Shown: positions 8,227 through 19,001, numbered from the stretch's first letter. The stretch is DNA of 64,000 nt from Methanobacteriota archaeon (GCA_043799545.1 JAZDNO010000030.1:24101-88100); one strand, 5' to 3'. Made by a program: numbers and translations. Notes: generated from the sequence alone by a model not told the origin.

Positions 8227-9738
8227 ATGCCCCCCAGGATGAAGCGCAGGCCCAGAAGCAAGATACACGATTCAGGCAAGGGCGCCACGAGGCAGATTCT
8301 GAACTTCGCCAGGGCCGCGCGCGACGACCCGGATTCTCTCATACCCGATTGCGCGGGCGAGTGCGCCCGCTGCCCACGCGAGGCGCTCATCCAGCGCCTG
8401 CGCAAGCTGTCTTCGATGGCGGGCAACAAGAGCGGGCTGGAATGGGCCTCCCGCTGGGGCGGGGACCTGGAACGGGCTTACGCGAGCCTCGTGCTGATCG
8501 CAGGGGAGGAGGACATAATGGCCGTTGCGAACCTCAACCTGGGCGGCAAGGTCGTGAGCTACGCCGTGAGGGGCCACCCGCCAGCCCTGGCCGTGGCGGG
8601 GCTTCAGAACTGGGACGACCCGGAGGTCAGGCTTCTGGCGTACAGGAAGACCGCCGGGAAGCTGGGCATCAGCCTATACTCGACGGACGATTCGCTTCTT
8701 TGCACTGGAACGGAATCGCGGCCTCCGAAGGCGTATCTTGATGAGGTGGCCAAGGTGGCTGGGTACGGAGGCCTGTCGTGCGGCCACAAGGCCCCGTCGC
8801 CGGTCAAGCTGAGGATTGCGTTTCCAGGAGACCTTTCGTTCGAGGCTTGCGAGGGGTGCGCGGCCGAGAGCACCAGCTTTGTCTCCGCGTACATGTCCAG
8901 AAGCTGCGAGAAGAGGCCGCTTTCCAGCGCAAGCTTCAACTTCGTGCTTGAGCCGGAGTGCGACGGCAAATGCGGCGATTGCCCATCGGAGGTCAGCACG
9001 CAGCTGGAGCCGAAACAGCTCAAGCCCTATCTGGCCCGCAACCTCAGCGACAGGAAATTGCTGTCGTCGGCGAGGGCCGCGCTGCTCAGGCTCCTCGAAC
9101 CAGGGACGGTCGTGGCCGGGGGCAGGTGCTTCGGCAAGGGGTCCGCGCGGATAGTCGCCGAACTGGCGGCTGACGACCTGGAGCGGCTGGCGCTCGAAAC
9201 CGCCTTGACAGAACAGGGAAGCCCAGTGCTTGTAGATTCGATGACCGTAAACAAGCTTTTAAACGCTGTCTGGGGCGACCGCGGAGAGGCTGTGCTCCGG
9301 GCAGTCGCGGGCGAGGAGGCGGCCAAGCTCTACGACCCCGCGGACGAGCAGCCGATGAACACGCTTCGCCAGGCGGCCGCGCGCGCGAAACGGGCGAGCA
9401 TGAACGCGGCGCTTCCCAGGTACAAGGCCCTCGGTCCCGTGGGGACGCTGGCGGACGAGACCGCGCGGGCTTACAAGGAAAGCGGCCAGGCGGGGGCCTG
9501 CGACCACCTCGACCGGCTGAAGACGCTCGGACACAGGGAAAATTCGGTGGCGCTCGCTTTCTACATCGCAATGGAGCAGGAGGCGAACAGGATGTGGAAG
9601 TACAGCAAGGAGGAAAGCGATTTGGGGGCGTCCCTGGCGCCCATGGCGAAGGACATGCTGGAATCCAGCGGCGGCGCCTACGACCGGGCGCTGAGGCACC
9701 TTCTGAAGATGTCCGGTTCCAGCGAGGAACCGGCATAA
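8227..9738 (+). CDS. Conserved Cys-rich hypothetical protein (503 aa)
   Basis: Long ORF with host codon bias; two C-x3-C-x2-C clusters; GLQNWDDPEVRLLAY segment I recall from Thermoplasmata-conserved proteins. Confidence 0.85.
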   Translation: MPPRMKRRPRSKIHDSGKGATRQILNFARAARDDPDSLIPDCAGECARCPREALIQRLRKLSSMAGNKSGLEWASRWGGDLERAYASLVLIAGEEDIMAVANLNLGGKVVSYAVRGHPPALAVAGLQNWDDPEVRLLAYRKTAGKLGISLYSTDDSLLCTGTESRPPKAYLDEVAKVAGYGGLSCGHKAPSPVKLRIAFPGDLSFEACEGCAAESTSFVSAYMSRSCEKRPLSSASFNFVLEPECDGKCGDCPSEVSTQLEPKQLKPYLARNLSDRKLLSSARAALLRLLEPGTVVAGGRCFGKGSARIVAELAADDLERLALETALTEQGSPVLVDSMTVNKLLNAVWGDRGEAVLRAVAGEEAAKLYDPADEQPMNTLRQAAARAKRASMNAALPRYKALGPVGTLADETARAYKESGQAGACDHLDRLKTLGHRENSVALAFYIAMEQEANRMWKYSKEESDLGASLAPMAKDMLESSGGAYDRALRHLLKMSGSSEEPA

Positions 9739-9758
9739 TCTGCACGCGCTGAGTGAAT

Positions 9759-10535
9759 CTAAATCAAGCGTACGTGCGATCGAACTTGCTTCTGCCTTCG
9801 CCTGTTTCTCAGGGCCTCGGCCATCGTCATGCGTCCGTCGGCCACCGCTTCAGCTTCCGCTTTCGAGAGCGTCAGCGAACCGGCGCTCTCGATTCTGGAC
9901 TTGCGCTGCAGGTCGCGGACCTTGCCTGGCTTGGGCGCGACCTTCCTTGGCATGGTGACCGGGTAACCCGCCGTCCGGGCGATGTCTATCGCGGAGTCCA
10001 TGTCCGTCGTGCTTGGCGAGGAGGTCGTCGATTCGTCGACTATCTCGCACCTCTCGGCGGTTCCGCATATGCGCCTCAGTATTCTGTCCCTGTTGTCAGC
10101 GTCGCCGTGGCCGATGCGCACGACCGTGCGCCTGGCCGCGTAATCGTCCCTGATTTCCAGAACCCGGTCCGCCGCATCCTCGGGAGACATGGCGCGCTGA
10201 GTCTCGAGGACTCGTCCTTTTAGCACGACGGCAATTCCAGGCATCTCCCCGGGGTCCACGCCTATGAAAAGAAGCTCGACCTGCCCCTTTCCAGCGATGA
10301 ACGTCAGCCCTTTTCGGATTCCGGATTTGACGTTTCCGGCGACAGCGACCTTCGGCTCGAAGAAGACGTCGGCCAGCTCGCGCTCCGACGTCAGCACTAC
10401 GCCCACGTGCTGCGGGACGCGTCCGTCGAACGTGAGGCTCGTGAACTGCAACCCCATCGACTTGAGCGCCTCCGCCAGGTCGTAGAAGAGGCGGAAGTCG
10501 CTCGTCATGATGCCGATGGTTTTGGCGTGGGTCAT
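9759..10535 (-). CDS. Uncharacterised RNase H-like (RuvC/YqgF-type) fold protein
   Basis: FIGVDPGEMPGIAV, VRIGHG, IVDES and DMDSAIDIA motifs. Confidence 0.75.
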   Translation of the reverse strand: MTHAKTIGIMTSDFRLFYDLAEALKSMGLQFTSLTFDGRVPQHVGVVLTSERELADVFFEPKVAVAGNVKSGIRKGLTFIAGKGQVELLFIGVDPGEMPGIAVVLKGRVLETQRAMSPEDAADRVLEIRDDYAARRTVVRIGHGDADNRDRILRRICGTAERCEIVDESTTSSPSTTDMDSAIDIARTAGYPVTMPRKVAPKPGKVRDLQRKSRIESAGSLTLSKAEAEAVADGRMTMAEALRNRRRQKQVRSHVRLI

Positions 10536-10610
10536 CAGAATCCCCGTACACAGTCGAAATTACATAATGGTGTTGCCGTCTTTAGTGGGATCGTCTGTAC
10601 GATTATTTTC

Positions 10611-11837
10611 CTACCTAGACCAGGGAGACATTATAAAAAAATAATTGTAGGGTGAAATTAAAGTCAATGTGAGGAGCGTTTCACTCCAATTATCTGAGAC
10701 TGAAAAAAAATCGCCAGACGACAGGGTCCCTGAATTGTCTATGTCCACGAAACTCAATTCCTGTTCAGGGTTATTCATCAAATCCTTCAGTTTTCCTGAA
10801 TAATAGCCCATATCAAAAAACATGTACCGGCCATTGACCTGGACATTGATATTTTCAAGCGAGAAACACTTGGCCAGTTTAGCACCGTCCCCACCAATGA
10901 ATTCGGTATTCTCAATAAAGACTCTTGTTTCATTGTAGACCCATTCTTCCCGAGAGCCAAGTTCTGGTCCCCAGACGTGGAAAAGTCTGTTCGGAACTAT
11001 AATATATATTGAAGATGTTGTGTCCCAAGGTGTCAAGCTAATGACATCTCCTTTATCCAAATAATTCGTGCGATTTGAATCCGTAATTCGGAAACGTGCA
11101 GATCCGCTTGGAATATCTCGCAAGGCATCCTCGAACAGGATTTTTTGTTGGGAATCACTCGCATTTAATCGATTCCCCATAACTCGAATAATTACATTCG
11201 AATAGGAAAAATTGTTGAATTTCGTGTCAGGGGGCGTCGCCCTTAAAAATGCATCATAGATTGTTATCATTATTTCATTATTGGCTTCAGTTCTTGTAGA
11301 AAATTCCATTGCTGGTTCTGGAGACGGCGGGCTCCACATGGAAAACCTGGAATAAGGGTTGATGCGGCTGACTAAGACCACGCCTTCAGTGTTGCTGGTA
11401 ATATTTGAATCGATTGTCAACATATCCCCTATGGACAGAGTGTTGGAGTTATCGTTGTCCAAATAGCATATCCCTTCGGTTCCATTTAAAAAATTCTCAA
11501 AAGTATCATTGTATGTCACATTGAATGATCTATCATAAAATTGCAGAGCTAATTTTGATATGTCGGTGTAGACGATTGTATCGTGATCTGAGGCATAATG
11601 GACGTTGACAGAATTGAAGGATAATTCAATCTGTGAAGCGCTTTCATTGGTTATTGTTACAGATGCCCAGACATCATAATTCCTGTTGATAAATGAATCG
11701 TTTTTGACCACGTAATAGAAAGAAGAAAAAATCACAATTAAAAGCACAATAACGGCGAAAACGATTCGGAGAGTGTTATTACGGGGGATTTGAGATTGTT
11801 CGTCGTTCATTTTTATCGTAGCATCTATCGGAACCAT
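10611..11837 (-). CDS. AT-rich membrane-anchored surface protein with three D-x-D/N-x-S/T...GD repeats
   Basis: Single N-terminal TM; DNDNSNTLSIGD, DSNRTNYLDKGD, DIDNSGTLSSGD; true start may be ATG 11810. Confidence 0.75.
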   Translation of the reverse strand: MVPIDATIKMNDEQSQIPRNNTLRIVFAVIVLLIVIFSSFYYVVKNDSFINRNYDVWASVTITNESASQIELSFNSVNVHYASDHDTIVYTDISKLALQFYDRSFNVTYNDTFENFLNGTEGICYLDNDNSNTLSIGDMLTIDSNITSNTEGVVLVSRINPYSRFSMWSPPSPEPAMEFSTRTEANNEIMITIYDAFLRATPPDTKFNNFSYSNVIIRVMGNRLNASDSQQKILFEDALRDIPSGSARFRITDSNRTNYLDKGDVISLTPWDTTSSIYIIVPNRLFHVWGPELGSREEWVYNETRVFIENTEFIGGDGAKLAKCFSLENINVQVNGRYMFFDMGYYSGKLKDLMNNPEQELSFVDIDNSGTLSSGDFFSVSDNWSETLLTLTLISPYNYFFIMSPWSR

Positions 11838-11855
11838 TACTATTAAAATTACCTG

Positions 11856-11865
11856 TCACATGTGA
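11856..11865. promoter_or_regulatory. TCACATGTGA palindrome, second copy
   Basis: Lies 7 bp upstream of minus-strand TTTTAATA (11841-11848). Confidence 0.4.
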
Positions 11866-11869
11866 ATAG

Positions 11870-12979
11870 TTAGCTGAATATCCCTTTCTTCTTCCCAGCT
11901 TCCTCAAAATCCCGGAGAAGGCGCTTCTGCTCCGAGTTCAGTTTTGTGGGCACCTGGACGCTCACGTTGACGTGAAGGTCGCCCTGGCCGCGCCCCTCCA
12001 TCGAAGGCATCCCCTTGCCGCGGAGCCTGAATGTGGTCCCTGGCTGCGTTCCCGGCGGTATCTTGAGCAGGGCCTTTCCATCGAGCGTTTCTATCTCGAC
12101 CTCCCCGCCCATCGCCGCCGTGGCGAAGCCTATGGGATGCGATGCCAGCAAATGCGGGCCGTGTCGCTCGAAGCGCGCGTGCTCCCTCACGTGTATGACG
12201 ACGTAAAGGTCTCCAGAGGACGTCCCGGCGGGCCCTGGCATCCCCATCCCCGGGAGCCGCAGCCGCGTGCCCGTCTCCGCCCCGGCGGGGATCTTAACCT
12301 CCAGGTCGCTCGTCTTCTGGACCTTGCCTGTGCCCCTGCAATTCGAACAGGGGTTCTTGAGGAATCGTCCGCTTCCGCCGCACTGGCGGCACGGGCCGAC
12401 CGAGATGAACTGCGTGTAGCCGCGGGTCGAGACGTTTCGCACCTGGCCTGCTCCGTTGCACGCGGCGCAGACCGCAGGCGCGGCCTTGTCCTTGGAGCCT
12501 GTCCCGCCGCACGCCTGGCAGCTCTCTGCCCTCGGCACGCGGAGCGTCCTCTTCGCCCCCCGGTAGGCGTCCTCCAGCGTCAGCTCCACGTCTATCCGGA
12601 GGTCTTCGCCCCTCCGGGAGCGCCGGCGGCCGACAGCGCCCCCGAATATCTGCTCGAAGATGGAGCCTCCGAATCCACCGAAGATGTCCTCGACGTCCGC
12701 CTGGCGCGTGAAATCCTGCCAGTTGAAACCTCCCGGGCTGAAGTTCGAGGCGACCCCGTCGTGGCCGAGCTGGTCGTAGCGGGCGCGCTTGTCCGTGTCC
12801 GCCAGGACCTCGTAGGCTTCGGAGAGCACTTTGAACTTCTCCTCCGCGGCCTTGGGGTCGTCCTTGTTCATGTCGGGGTGGTGCTTCTTCGCAAGCTTCC
12901 GGTATGCTGATTTAATTTCGTCCTGGCTCGCGCTCTTCTCCACCCCGAGAATCTCGTAGTAGTCTCGCTTGGCTGCCAA
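11870..12979 (-). CDS. dnaJ: Chaperone DnaJ
   Basis: J domain with HPD, G/F region, four CxxCxGxG repeats. Confidence 0.98.
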   Translation of the reverse strand: MAAKRDYYEILGVEKSASQDEIKSAYRKLAKKHHPDMNKDDPKAAEEKFKVLSEAYEVLADTDKRARYDQLGHDGVASNFSPGGFNWQDFTRQADVEDIFGGFGGSIFEQIFGGAVGRRRSRRGEDLRIDVELTLEDAYRGAKRTLRVPRAESCQACGGTGSKDKAAPAVCAACNGAGQVRNVSTRGYTQFISVGPCRQCGGSGRFLKNPCSNCRGTGKVQKTSDLEVKIPAGAETGTRLRLPGMGMPGPAGTSSGDLYVVIHVREHARFERHGPHLLASHPIGFATAAMGGEVEIETLDGKALLKIPPGTQPGTTFRLRGKGMPSMEGRGQGDLHVNVSVQVPTKLNSEQKRLLRDFEEAGKKKGIFS

Positions 12980-12998
12980 CCGGGTTTAGGCCTCCGTT

Positions 12999-14909
12999 CT
13001 ATTCTTTCTTGACTTCCTTGAAGTCCGCGTCGACGTAGCCGCCGCCATCTGGCCCTGCGACGCCCTCTTGACCCGAGCCGCCGTCCTGGGCATCTCCGGA
13101 GCCGCCCTGCGGGCCGGCACCTTGCGGGCCAGCCTGGGCGGCTTGCTCGGCCTGGTACTTCGCCGCCGCGTCCTGGTAGAGCTTCGTCGAAACTTCGGAC
13201 ACCGTCTTCGTCAATTTATCGATTTCGGCCTTGACCTTCTCGGCGTCCTTGGACTTCATCGCTTCCTCGAGGTCGGCAATGCCCTTTTCGATTGTGGACT
13301 TCTGTTCCGCAGAAATCTTCTCGCCAAGCTCCTCCAGCATCTTGCGCGTCGAGTAAACGAGCGTGTCGGCGCGGTTCATGGTCTCGATTTCGTCGCGCTT
13401 CTTCTTGTCCTCGTCCGCGTGCTTCTCGGCGTCCTTGACCTTCTGCTCAATCTCCTCCTTGGAGAGGTGGCTGGATGCCGTGATTGTAATCTTCTGCTCC
13501 TTGCCCGTGCCGAGGTCCTTCGCCGAGACGTTGACTATTCCGTTTGCGTCGATGTCGAACGAGACCTCTATCTGCGGGATGCCGCGGGGCGCCGGAGGTA
13601 TTCCCACGAGGTGGAACCTTCCAAGCGTGATGTTTCCGTGGGCCATCTCGCGCTCTCCCTGGAGCACGTGTACTTCGACCGACGTCTGGAAGTCCGCGGC
13701 CGTGGAGAATATCTGGCTCTTGCGTGTCGGTATCGTGGTGTTGCGTTCTATCAGCTTCGTCATCACGCCGCCCAGGGTCTCGACGCCGAGCGACAACGGC
13801 GTTACATCCAGCAGGACGATGTCTTTGACCTCGCCGCCGATGATGCCGGCCTGGATTGCCGCGCCCATCGCGACGCACTGCATCGGGTCGACGCCGCCCT
13901 CGGCCTTCTTTCCGATTATCTTCTCGAAAGTGTCGCGCACGACGGGCATCCTCGTCGGACCGCCTACCAGTATGACCTTGCCTATTCCGGAGAAATCGAG
14001 CTTCGCGTCCTTGAAGGCGTCCTCTATCGGCTTCTTGCAGCGGGCCAGAATCGGAGCGACTATCTGTTCCATCTTCGCGCGCGTGAGCTTCATCTCTATG
14101 TGCTTCGGCCCGGTCGCGTCCTGCGTCACGAACGGCAGGCTGATTGTGGAGCTCATCGAGCTGGACAGGTCCATCTTCGCCTTCTCGCAAGCGTCCCGTA
14201 TCCGCTGGAGGGCCCCCTTGTCCTTCGAAAGGTCTATGCCCTCCTGCTTCTTGAATTCTGCAAGTACGTAGTCCGAGAGCGCGCCGTCCATGTCCGAGCC
14301 GCCGAGCTGCGTGTCCCCGCTCGTCGACACGACCTCGAAAACGCCGTCCCCGATGTCCATTATCGTCACATCGAATGTCCCGCCGCCCAGGTCCAGCACG
14401 ACTATCTTCTGGTTGCCCGCTTTCTCAAGGCCGTAAGCTAGCGCGGCCGCCGTCGGCTCGTTGACTATCCTAATCACGTCGAGGCCGGCTATCTTGCCGG
14501 CGTTCTTCGTGGCCTGGCGCTGGTTGTCGTTGAAGTAAGCTGGCACGGTTATGACCGCCTTCTCGACCTTCTCGCCCAGGTAAGCCTCGGCGTCATGCTT
14601 TATCTTCTGCAGTATCATGGCGCTGATTTCCTCCGGCGAATGCGTCTTGTCGTCTATCGTGACGCGGTAGTCCGTGCCCATCTTGCGCTTTATCCTCGAT
14701 ATGGTCCGCTCCGGATTGAGAACGGCCTGGCGCTTCGCTGACTCGCCTATCAGCCTCTCCCCGTCCTTCGTGAACGCAACCACGCTCGGGAAGTTCTTCC
14801 CGCCGTACGTGTTGCCCTCGGCGCTCGGAATAACGACCGGGCGCCCTCCCTCGAGGTAAGCCGCCTCGCTGTTCGTAGTCCCCAAGTCTATTCCAACTAT
14901 CTTTGCCAT
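12999..14909 (-). CDS. dnaK: Chaperone DnaK (Hsp70)
   Basis: [17 protein letters not shown] and LVGGPTRMP motifs. Confidence 0.99.
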   Translation of the reverse strand: MAKIVGIDLGTTNSEAAYLEGGRPVVIPSAEGNTYGGKNFPSVVAFTKDGERLIGESAKRQAVLNPERTISRIKRKMGTDYRVTIDDKTHSPEEISAMILQKIKHDAEAYLGEKVEKAVITVPAYFNDNQRQATKNAGKIAGLDVIRIVNEPTAAALAYGLEKAGNQKIVVLDLGGGTFDVTIMDIGDGVFEVVSTSGDTQLGGSDMDGALSDYVLAEFKKQEGIDLSKDKGALQRIRDACEKAKMDLSSSMSSTISLPFVTQDATGPKHIEMKLTRAKMEQIVAPILARCKKPIEDAFKDAKLDFSGIGKVILVGGPTRMPVVRDTFEKIIGKKAEGGVDPMQCVAMGAAIQAGIIGGEVKDIVLLDVTPLSLGVETLGGVMTKLIERNTTIPTRKSQIFSTAADFQTSVEVHVLQGEREMAHGNITLGRFHLVGIPPAPRGIPQIEVSFDIDANGIVNVSAKDLGTGKEQKITITASSHLSKEEIEQKVKDAEKHADEDKKKRDEIETMNRADTLVYSTRKMLEELGEKISAEQKSTIEKGIADLEEAMKSKDAEKVKAEIDKLTKTVSEVSTKLYQDAAAKYQAEQAAQAGPQGAGPQGGSGDAQDGGSGQEGVAGPDGGGYVDADFKEVKKE

Positions 14910-14911
14910 TT

Positions 14912-15499
14912 TTATCCCTCCTTCGTCTCTCTCGCTGATTTCCTTGAAACCTTAACCTTCGCACAGCGCAGCACCTTCCCGTTGAGGACGTACCCGCTGC
15001 ATATCTCACCCGCGATTGTCCCGTCGTCCAGGGAATCGTCGCAGGCCTGCTCAACAGCCTCGTGCCACCTTGCGTCGAACTTCGCCCCGCAGGTCTCGAT
15101 GCGTCTGAGCCCGTGCCTCTCCAGGACAGACCATATCTGGGACCTGGTCAAGGCCACGCCGTCCCGAAGTTTCTTCACGCTCTTCACGTTCTTGGCCGAT
15201 TCCAGCGCCCTGTCCAGGTTCTCCACGGGTTCGATTATGTCATGGATGATCCGCTCGGAGGCCGCCTTGGCGAACTCCTCCCGCTCCTTCAGCATTCGCT
15301 TCCTGTAGTTGTCGAAGTCGGCAATGGTGCGCTGGAGCTGGGCGAAATAGCCAGCAGCGTCCCCCTCGGCCTTGGCGAGCCTGGCTGCCAGCTCATCCGA
15401 GGAGGGCTGGACGGATCTCGCCTGCACATCGACTGCTGGCTGCTGCCCGTCATCGGCGCCGTTCTCGTCCAATTCCTCTTCTTCTTTTTCGTACGTCAT
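14912..15499 (-). CDS. grpE: Nucleotide exchange factor GrpE
   Basis: [29 protein letters not shown]. Confidence 0.97.
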   Translation of the reverse strand: MTYEKEEEELDENGADDGQQPAVDVQARSVQPSSDELAARLAKAEGDAAGYFAQLQRTIADFDNYRKRMLKEREEFAKAASERIIHDIIEPVENLDRALESAKNVKSVKKLRDGVALTRSQIWSVLERHGLRRIETCGAKFDARWHEAVEQACDDSLDDGTIAGEICSGYVLNGKVLRCAKVKVSRKSARETKEG

Positions 15500-15506
15500 T
15501 GCATCA

Positions 15507-16058
15507 CTACTCTATCCTTATCTTCTTCTCCGGACCGTGCCCGGATTTGCACAACGTGATGTCCAGCACGCCGTTGTTGTACGTCGCTTTGGTGCTGTTA
15601 GGGTCCACGTGCGTGGGCAGCTGCACTTCCTTGAAGTAGCGCCTCTCCGCCGAATCGACCTTGATTTTCAGGATCTGCCCGACGACGGACAGGTCGATGT
15701 CCTTCTTCTCGACCCCCGGTATCTCGACGGTGATGGAGATCGTTTTTGAGTCCTCTATCACGTCAGTCAGAGGTTCGCGCTCGCCGGGATTCTCCTCCAG
15801 GCGCTCGCTCCTCTCGTGTCTAGTCTGCGCGAGCTCCCTGGTGTCCCCGAACTTCTGCATCACCGGCTTGCCGTCAGGCCCCATGCGCATCGAGAAACCG
15901 TATACGAACGGCCCGGACTCCTCCGTCCCAGCTTCTCCGCTGGCCATCTGCTCGACGAGCCTGGACATGTACTCCCTCATCTCCTCGAACTGGTCCTCGA
16001 AGCCGTCGATGCCGAACGGGTCTCGCTCCTCGTCGCCGTGCCTCCTCTTCTTATTCAT
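15507..16058 (-). CDS. hsp20: Archaeal small heat shock protein Hsp20
   Basis: GPFVYGFSMRMGPDGKP, EIPGV and YNNGVLDI alpha-crystallin motifs. Confidence 0.93.
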   Translation of the reverse strand: MNKKRRHGDEERDPFGIDGFEDQFEEMREYMSRLVEQMASGEAGTEESGPFVYGFSMRMGPDGKPVMQKFGDTRELAQTRHERSERLEENPGEREPLTDVIEDSKTISITVEIPGVEKKDIDLSVVGQILKIKVDSAERRYFKEVQLPTHVDPNSTKATYNNGVLDITLCKSGHGPEKKIRIE

Positions 16059-16713
16059 CCGAATCGACCTCCCTGAACAATCCCAGAGCCATCAACCGCT
16101 TGAGCGCGACTCTCGCGGCCTTCTCGCGTATGTTGAGTGCCTCCGCAATCGAGTCAACATCCGTCTCGCCTCCCTCGATGATGTGGCGCAGGACGCGCTT
16201 CGTGTCCTCGTCGTCGCAAGCCTTGTCCGCCAGCTCGTAGGCGGTCTTCATCAGGCGCTCCTTCTCGTCGAGGAGCAGGGTGCGCCTGGCATCGAGGTCT
16301 TCCATCGCCGCCCCGACGCGCTCGAGCCCGTCCAATATATCGGCGAGCATCTCGCGCGCCTCGTCCGGCTCGTGGAAATCGCCCTCTCGCTCGACCTCGC
16401 CGCCGCTCTCCCCGAACGTCCTTACGACTTCCTCGAAAAGGCCCGGACCCATGTCTATCGTCACTGAGAAACGCTTCGAGGCCAGGTAGCACTTGCGCGG
16501 CGGCCCTCCGGCGTCGCTCTTCTCGACAATCACGCGGACCATCTCGCGGTCCTCCATCACCCTGAGGTGCTTCATTATGGCCTGCTGGCTGACGTTGAGC
16601 ATCTGAGCAAGCTGCAGCGAGTACCGTGGCTCGCGGGCCAGCTCCCGGAGTATCATGCGCCTCGTGGGATTCTCGAGGACCTCCAGGATCTCGTCGATGT
16701 CGTTCTCCGCCAT
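16051..16713 (-). CDS. ArsR-family wHTH regulator (Phr/HSR1-like heat-shock regulator candidate)
   Basis: LENPTRRMILREL...VSQQAIMKHL...GGPPRKCY; heads the hsp operon; the ORF-track extension to 16908 is intergenic. Confidence 0.88.
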   Translation of the reverse strand: MAENDIDEILEVLENPTRRMILRELAREPRYSLQLAQMLNVSQQAIMKHLRVMEDREMVRVIVEKSDAGGPPRKCYLASKRFSVTIDMGPGLFEEVVRTFGESGGEVEREGDFHEPDEAREMLADILDGLERVGAAMEDLDARRTLLLDEKERLMKTAYELADKACDDEDTKRVLRHIIEGGETDVDSIAEALNIREKAARVALKRLMALGLFREVDSDE

Positions 16714-16759
16714 TACACAACCTCGGGTTGTATACCTAATGTTCGTGGGGGTATAAAAA
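16714..16759 (-). promoter_or_regulatory. Heat-shock operon promoter with two inverted repeats
   Basis: TTTTTATA at 16752-16759; ACAACC-N3-GGTTGT (16717-16731); TATACC-N13-GGTATA (16731-16755). Confidence 0.55.
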
Positions 16760-16766
16760 CCTTCCG

Positions 16767-16825
16767 CCAAACGCTTTCTTTGCGTCTCGCTCCGCTGGCT
16801 GGCTTTCGCCAAAGAAAGCATTTGG
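16767..16825 (+). repeat. Hairpin carrying the repeat-family loop on a different stem
   Basis: CCAAA-C-GCTTTCTTT / AAAGAAAGC-A-TTTGG stem enclosing GCGTCTCGCTCCGCTGGCTGGCTTTCGCC. Confidence 0.7.
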
Positions 16826-16832
16826 AGCACGA

Positions 16833-16924
16833 CAACCCCTTTTCCTGTCTCGCTGTGCTGGCTTGGGCTCGCGGAAAAGTGGCATGATATCCCAAAAGGC
16901 TCGCCCAAGCCTGCTCGCTCGACC
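16833..16924 (+). repeat. Dispersed structured repeat, copy B
   Basis: CAACCCCTTTTCCTGTCTCGCTGTGCTGGCTTGGGCTCGCGGAAAAGTGGCATGATATCCCAAAAGGCTCGCCCAAGCCTGCTCGCTCGACC; opposite orientation to copies A and C. Confidence 0.85.
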
Positions 16925-16949
16925 TATATCGAAGTTCAGAAACCGTCAC

Positions 16950-18095
16950 CTATTTGGTACCTACTAGTTCCCTAGCAATAACCATCCTTTGGACCTCTGA
17001 CGTGCCCTCGCCTATTTCGTAGAGCTTCGCGTCGCGGAGGAATCGCTCGACCGGGTAGTCCTTCGTGTATCCGTAGCCGCCGTGAATCTGTATCGCTTTG
17101 AGGGCCGTCTGCGTCGCCATGGTCGATGCGAAGAGCTTGGCCATCGAGGCCTGGAGCGTGAATCGCTTCTTCTGGTCGTCCATCCAGGCTCCCCTGTAAA
17201 CGAGCAGGCGCGCCGCGCTTATCTGCGTCGCCATGTCCGCCAGCATCCACTGTATCGCCTGGTTCTTGCATATCGGCTTGCCGAACTGCTCGCGCTCCTT
17301 CGAGTACTTCACGGCCTCGTCCAGCGCTCCCTGCGCCAGCCCGACCGCGAGCGCCGCGATAGCCACTCGGCCCTTGTCCAGTATGTTCATAGCGCCGACG
17401 AAACCGTCCCCCGCCTTCCCGAGGAGGTTCTCCTTCGGCACCCGGCAGTTTTCGAAGACCAGCTCTGAAGTTATCGTCCCGCGCATCCCGATTTTGTCCT
17501 CGTTCAGCCCGTATCCGAAGCCGGGCGTTCCCTTCTCGACGATGAACGCGCTGATACCCTTGGCCCCCTTCGTTGGGTCCGTAATTGCCATCACGACGAC
17601 TACCTCGGCGACCGCGCCCTGGGTGATGAAGCACTTCGTGCCGTTGATGACCCACTCGTCGCCCTCCAGCTTGGCGCTCGTCCTCAGTCCGCCAGAATCG
17701 GAGCCCGCGCCGGGCTCGGTCAGAGCCCACGCCGCCAGCGCTTCGCCCGTCACCAGCTTCGGGATGTACTTCTTCCTCTGCTCCTCGGTCCCCTTCTCGT
17801 AGACGTGGCCGATTCCGAGCGTGTTGTGTGCTTCCATCGTCAGGCCAGTCGAGGCGCAGACCCTGCCGACCTCCTCGAGCGCCAGCATATATGAAATCGT
17901 ATCCGAGCCGGTCCCTCCGAGCGATTTCGGAACGGTCATCCCCATGAGGCCGACCTTCCCCATCTTCTTGAAGCTATCCCAGGGGAACTCCTTCTCCTCG
18001 TCCACGCGCTGAGCGATTGGCCTTAGTTCCTTCTCCGCGAATTCGCGTATCGTCTGCCTTATCATCTCGTGCTCTTTGCTGAGGTTGAAGTCCAT
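16950..18095 (-). CDS. Acyl-CoA dehydrogenase (short-chain/butyryl-CoA type)
   Basis: [40 protein letters not shown]. Confidence 0.95.
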   Translation of the reverse strand: MDFNLSKEHEMIRQTIREFAEKELRPIAQRVDEEKEFPWDSFKKMGKVGLMGMTVPKSLGGTGSDTISYMLALEEVGRVCASTGLTMEAHNTLGIGHVYEKGTEEQRKKYIPKLVTGEALAAWALTEPGAGSDSGGLRTSAKLEGDEWVINGTKCFITQGAVAEVVVVMAITDPTKGAKGISAFIVEKGTPGFGYGLNEDKIGMRGTITSELVFENCRVPKENLLGKAGDGFVGAMNILDKGRVAIAALAVGLAQGALDEAVKYSKEREQFGKPICKNQAIQWMLADMATQISAARLLVYRGAWMDDQKKRFTLQASMAKLFASTMATQTALKAIQIHGGYGYTKDYPVERFLRDAKLYEIGEGTSEVQRMVIARELVGTK

Positions 18096-18097
18096 TT

Positions 18098-18883
18098 CTA
18101 TGCCCCCTTGAAGGCCTGTTTTCGCTTATCCAGGAAAGCGGCCATGCCCTCCTTCTGGTCACCTGTTGAGAAGCAAGCTCCAAACGCCTCCGCCTCGGCC
18201 GCGCACCCCGGTTCCAGCGGGACGTCGCCCGCGAGGTTTATCAGGCCCTTCGCCGACGAGACTGCCAGCGGGCTTTTCGCAGCGATACACTCGGCCATTC
18301 TCCTCGCAACCTCCATGAGGCGCTCGTGGGGGACCACCTTTTCCACCAAGCCGATGCGAAGTGCTTCAGCTGCACCGATGGCCTCCGCCGACATCAAAAG
18401 CTCCTTCCCCCTGCCTCTGTTGACGAGCCTGGGCAGGCGCTGAGTGCCGGCGAAGCCTGGTGTGATGCCGAGGCCGACCTCGGGCTGGCCCATTATAGCC
18501 TTGTCCGAAGCGATGCGGATGTCGCACGCCATTGCGATTTCCGTTCCGCCGCCGAGCGCGTATCCGTTTATGGCCGCGATGACGGGCTTCGGGCAGCGCT
18601 CGATGGCGAATAGGGCGCTCTGGCCGGCGAGACCGTACTCCTTTCCCGCTTTGGGATTCTTGACGGACATCTCTGCGATATCCCCGCCGGCGACGAAAGC
18701 CTTTTCTCCCGCGCCAGTGAGTATGATGCACCTGACGGAATCGTCTCGCCCAAGCTCCGTGAACGCCGCCTCTATCTCGGCGACTGTCGCGGTGTCCAGC
18801 GCGTTGAGGACCTTCGGCTTGTTGATAGTGACGACTGCGACGGAGTCTGCGCCCTTCTCCACAATCAGCCTATCGAAGTTCAT
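18098..18883 (-). CDS. crt: Enoyl-CoA hydratase (crotonase)
   Basis: [39 protein letters not shown]. Confidence 0.93.
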   Translation of the reverse strand: MNFDRLIVEKGADSVAVVTINKPKVLNALDTATVAEIEAAFTELGRDDSVRCIILTGAGEKAFVAGGDIAEMSVKNPKAGKEYGLAGQSALFAIERCPKPVIAAINGYALGGGTEIAMACDIRIASDKAIMGQPEVGLGITPGFAGTQRLPRLVNRGRGKELLMSAEAIGAAEALRIGLVEKVVPHERLMEVARRMAECIAAKSPLAVSSAKGLINLAGDVPLEPGCAAEAEAFGACFSTGDQKEGMAAFLDKRKQAFKGA

Positions 18884-19001
18884 GATGACCCAGGAAATGC
18901 ACCCGGGCATTAAAACCCTTCGACTGGTGATGCGGCATCACTATGCGCACCAACGCCAAATAGCCGAAACCTTTATCTCGCGCCAATAGGTCGCCAGCCC
19001 G

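Noticed and set aside
16714-16908. N-terminal extension of the ArsR ORF in the track (285 aa)
   Set aside because: It reads through the promoter and repeat hairpins; ATG 16713 fits the family start and TATA spacing.
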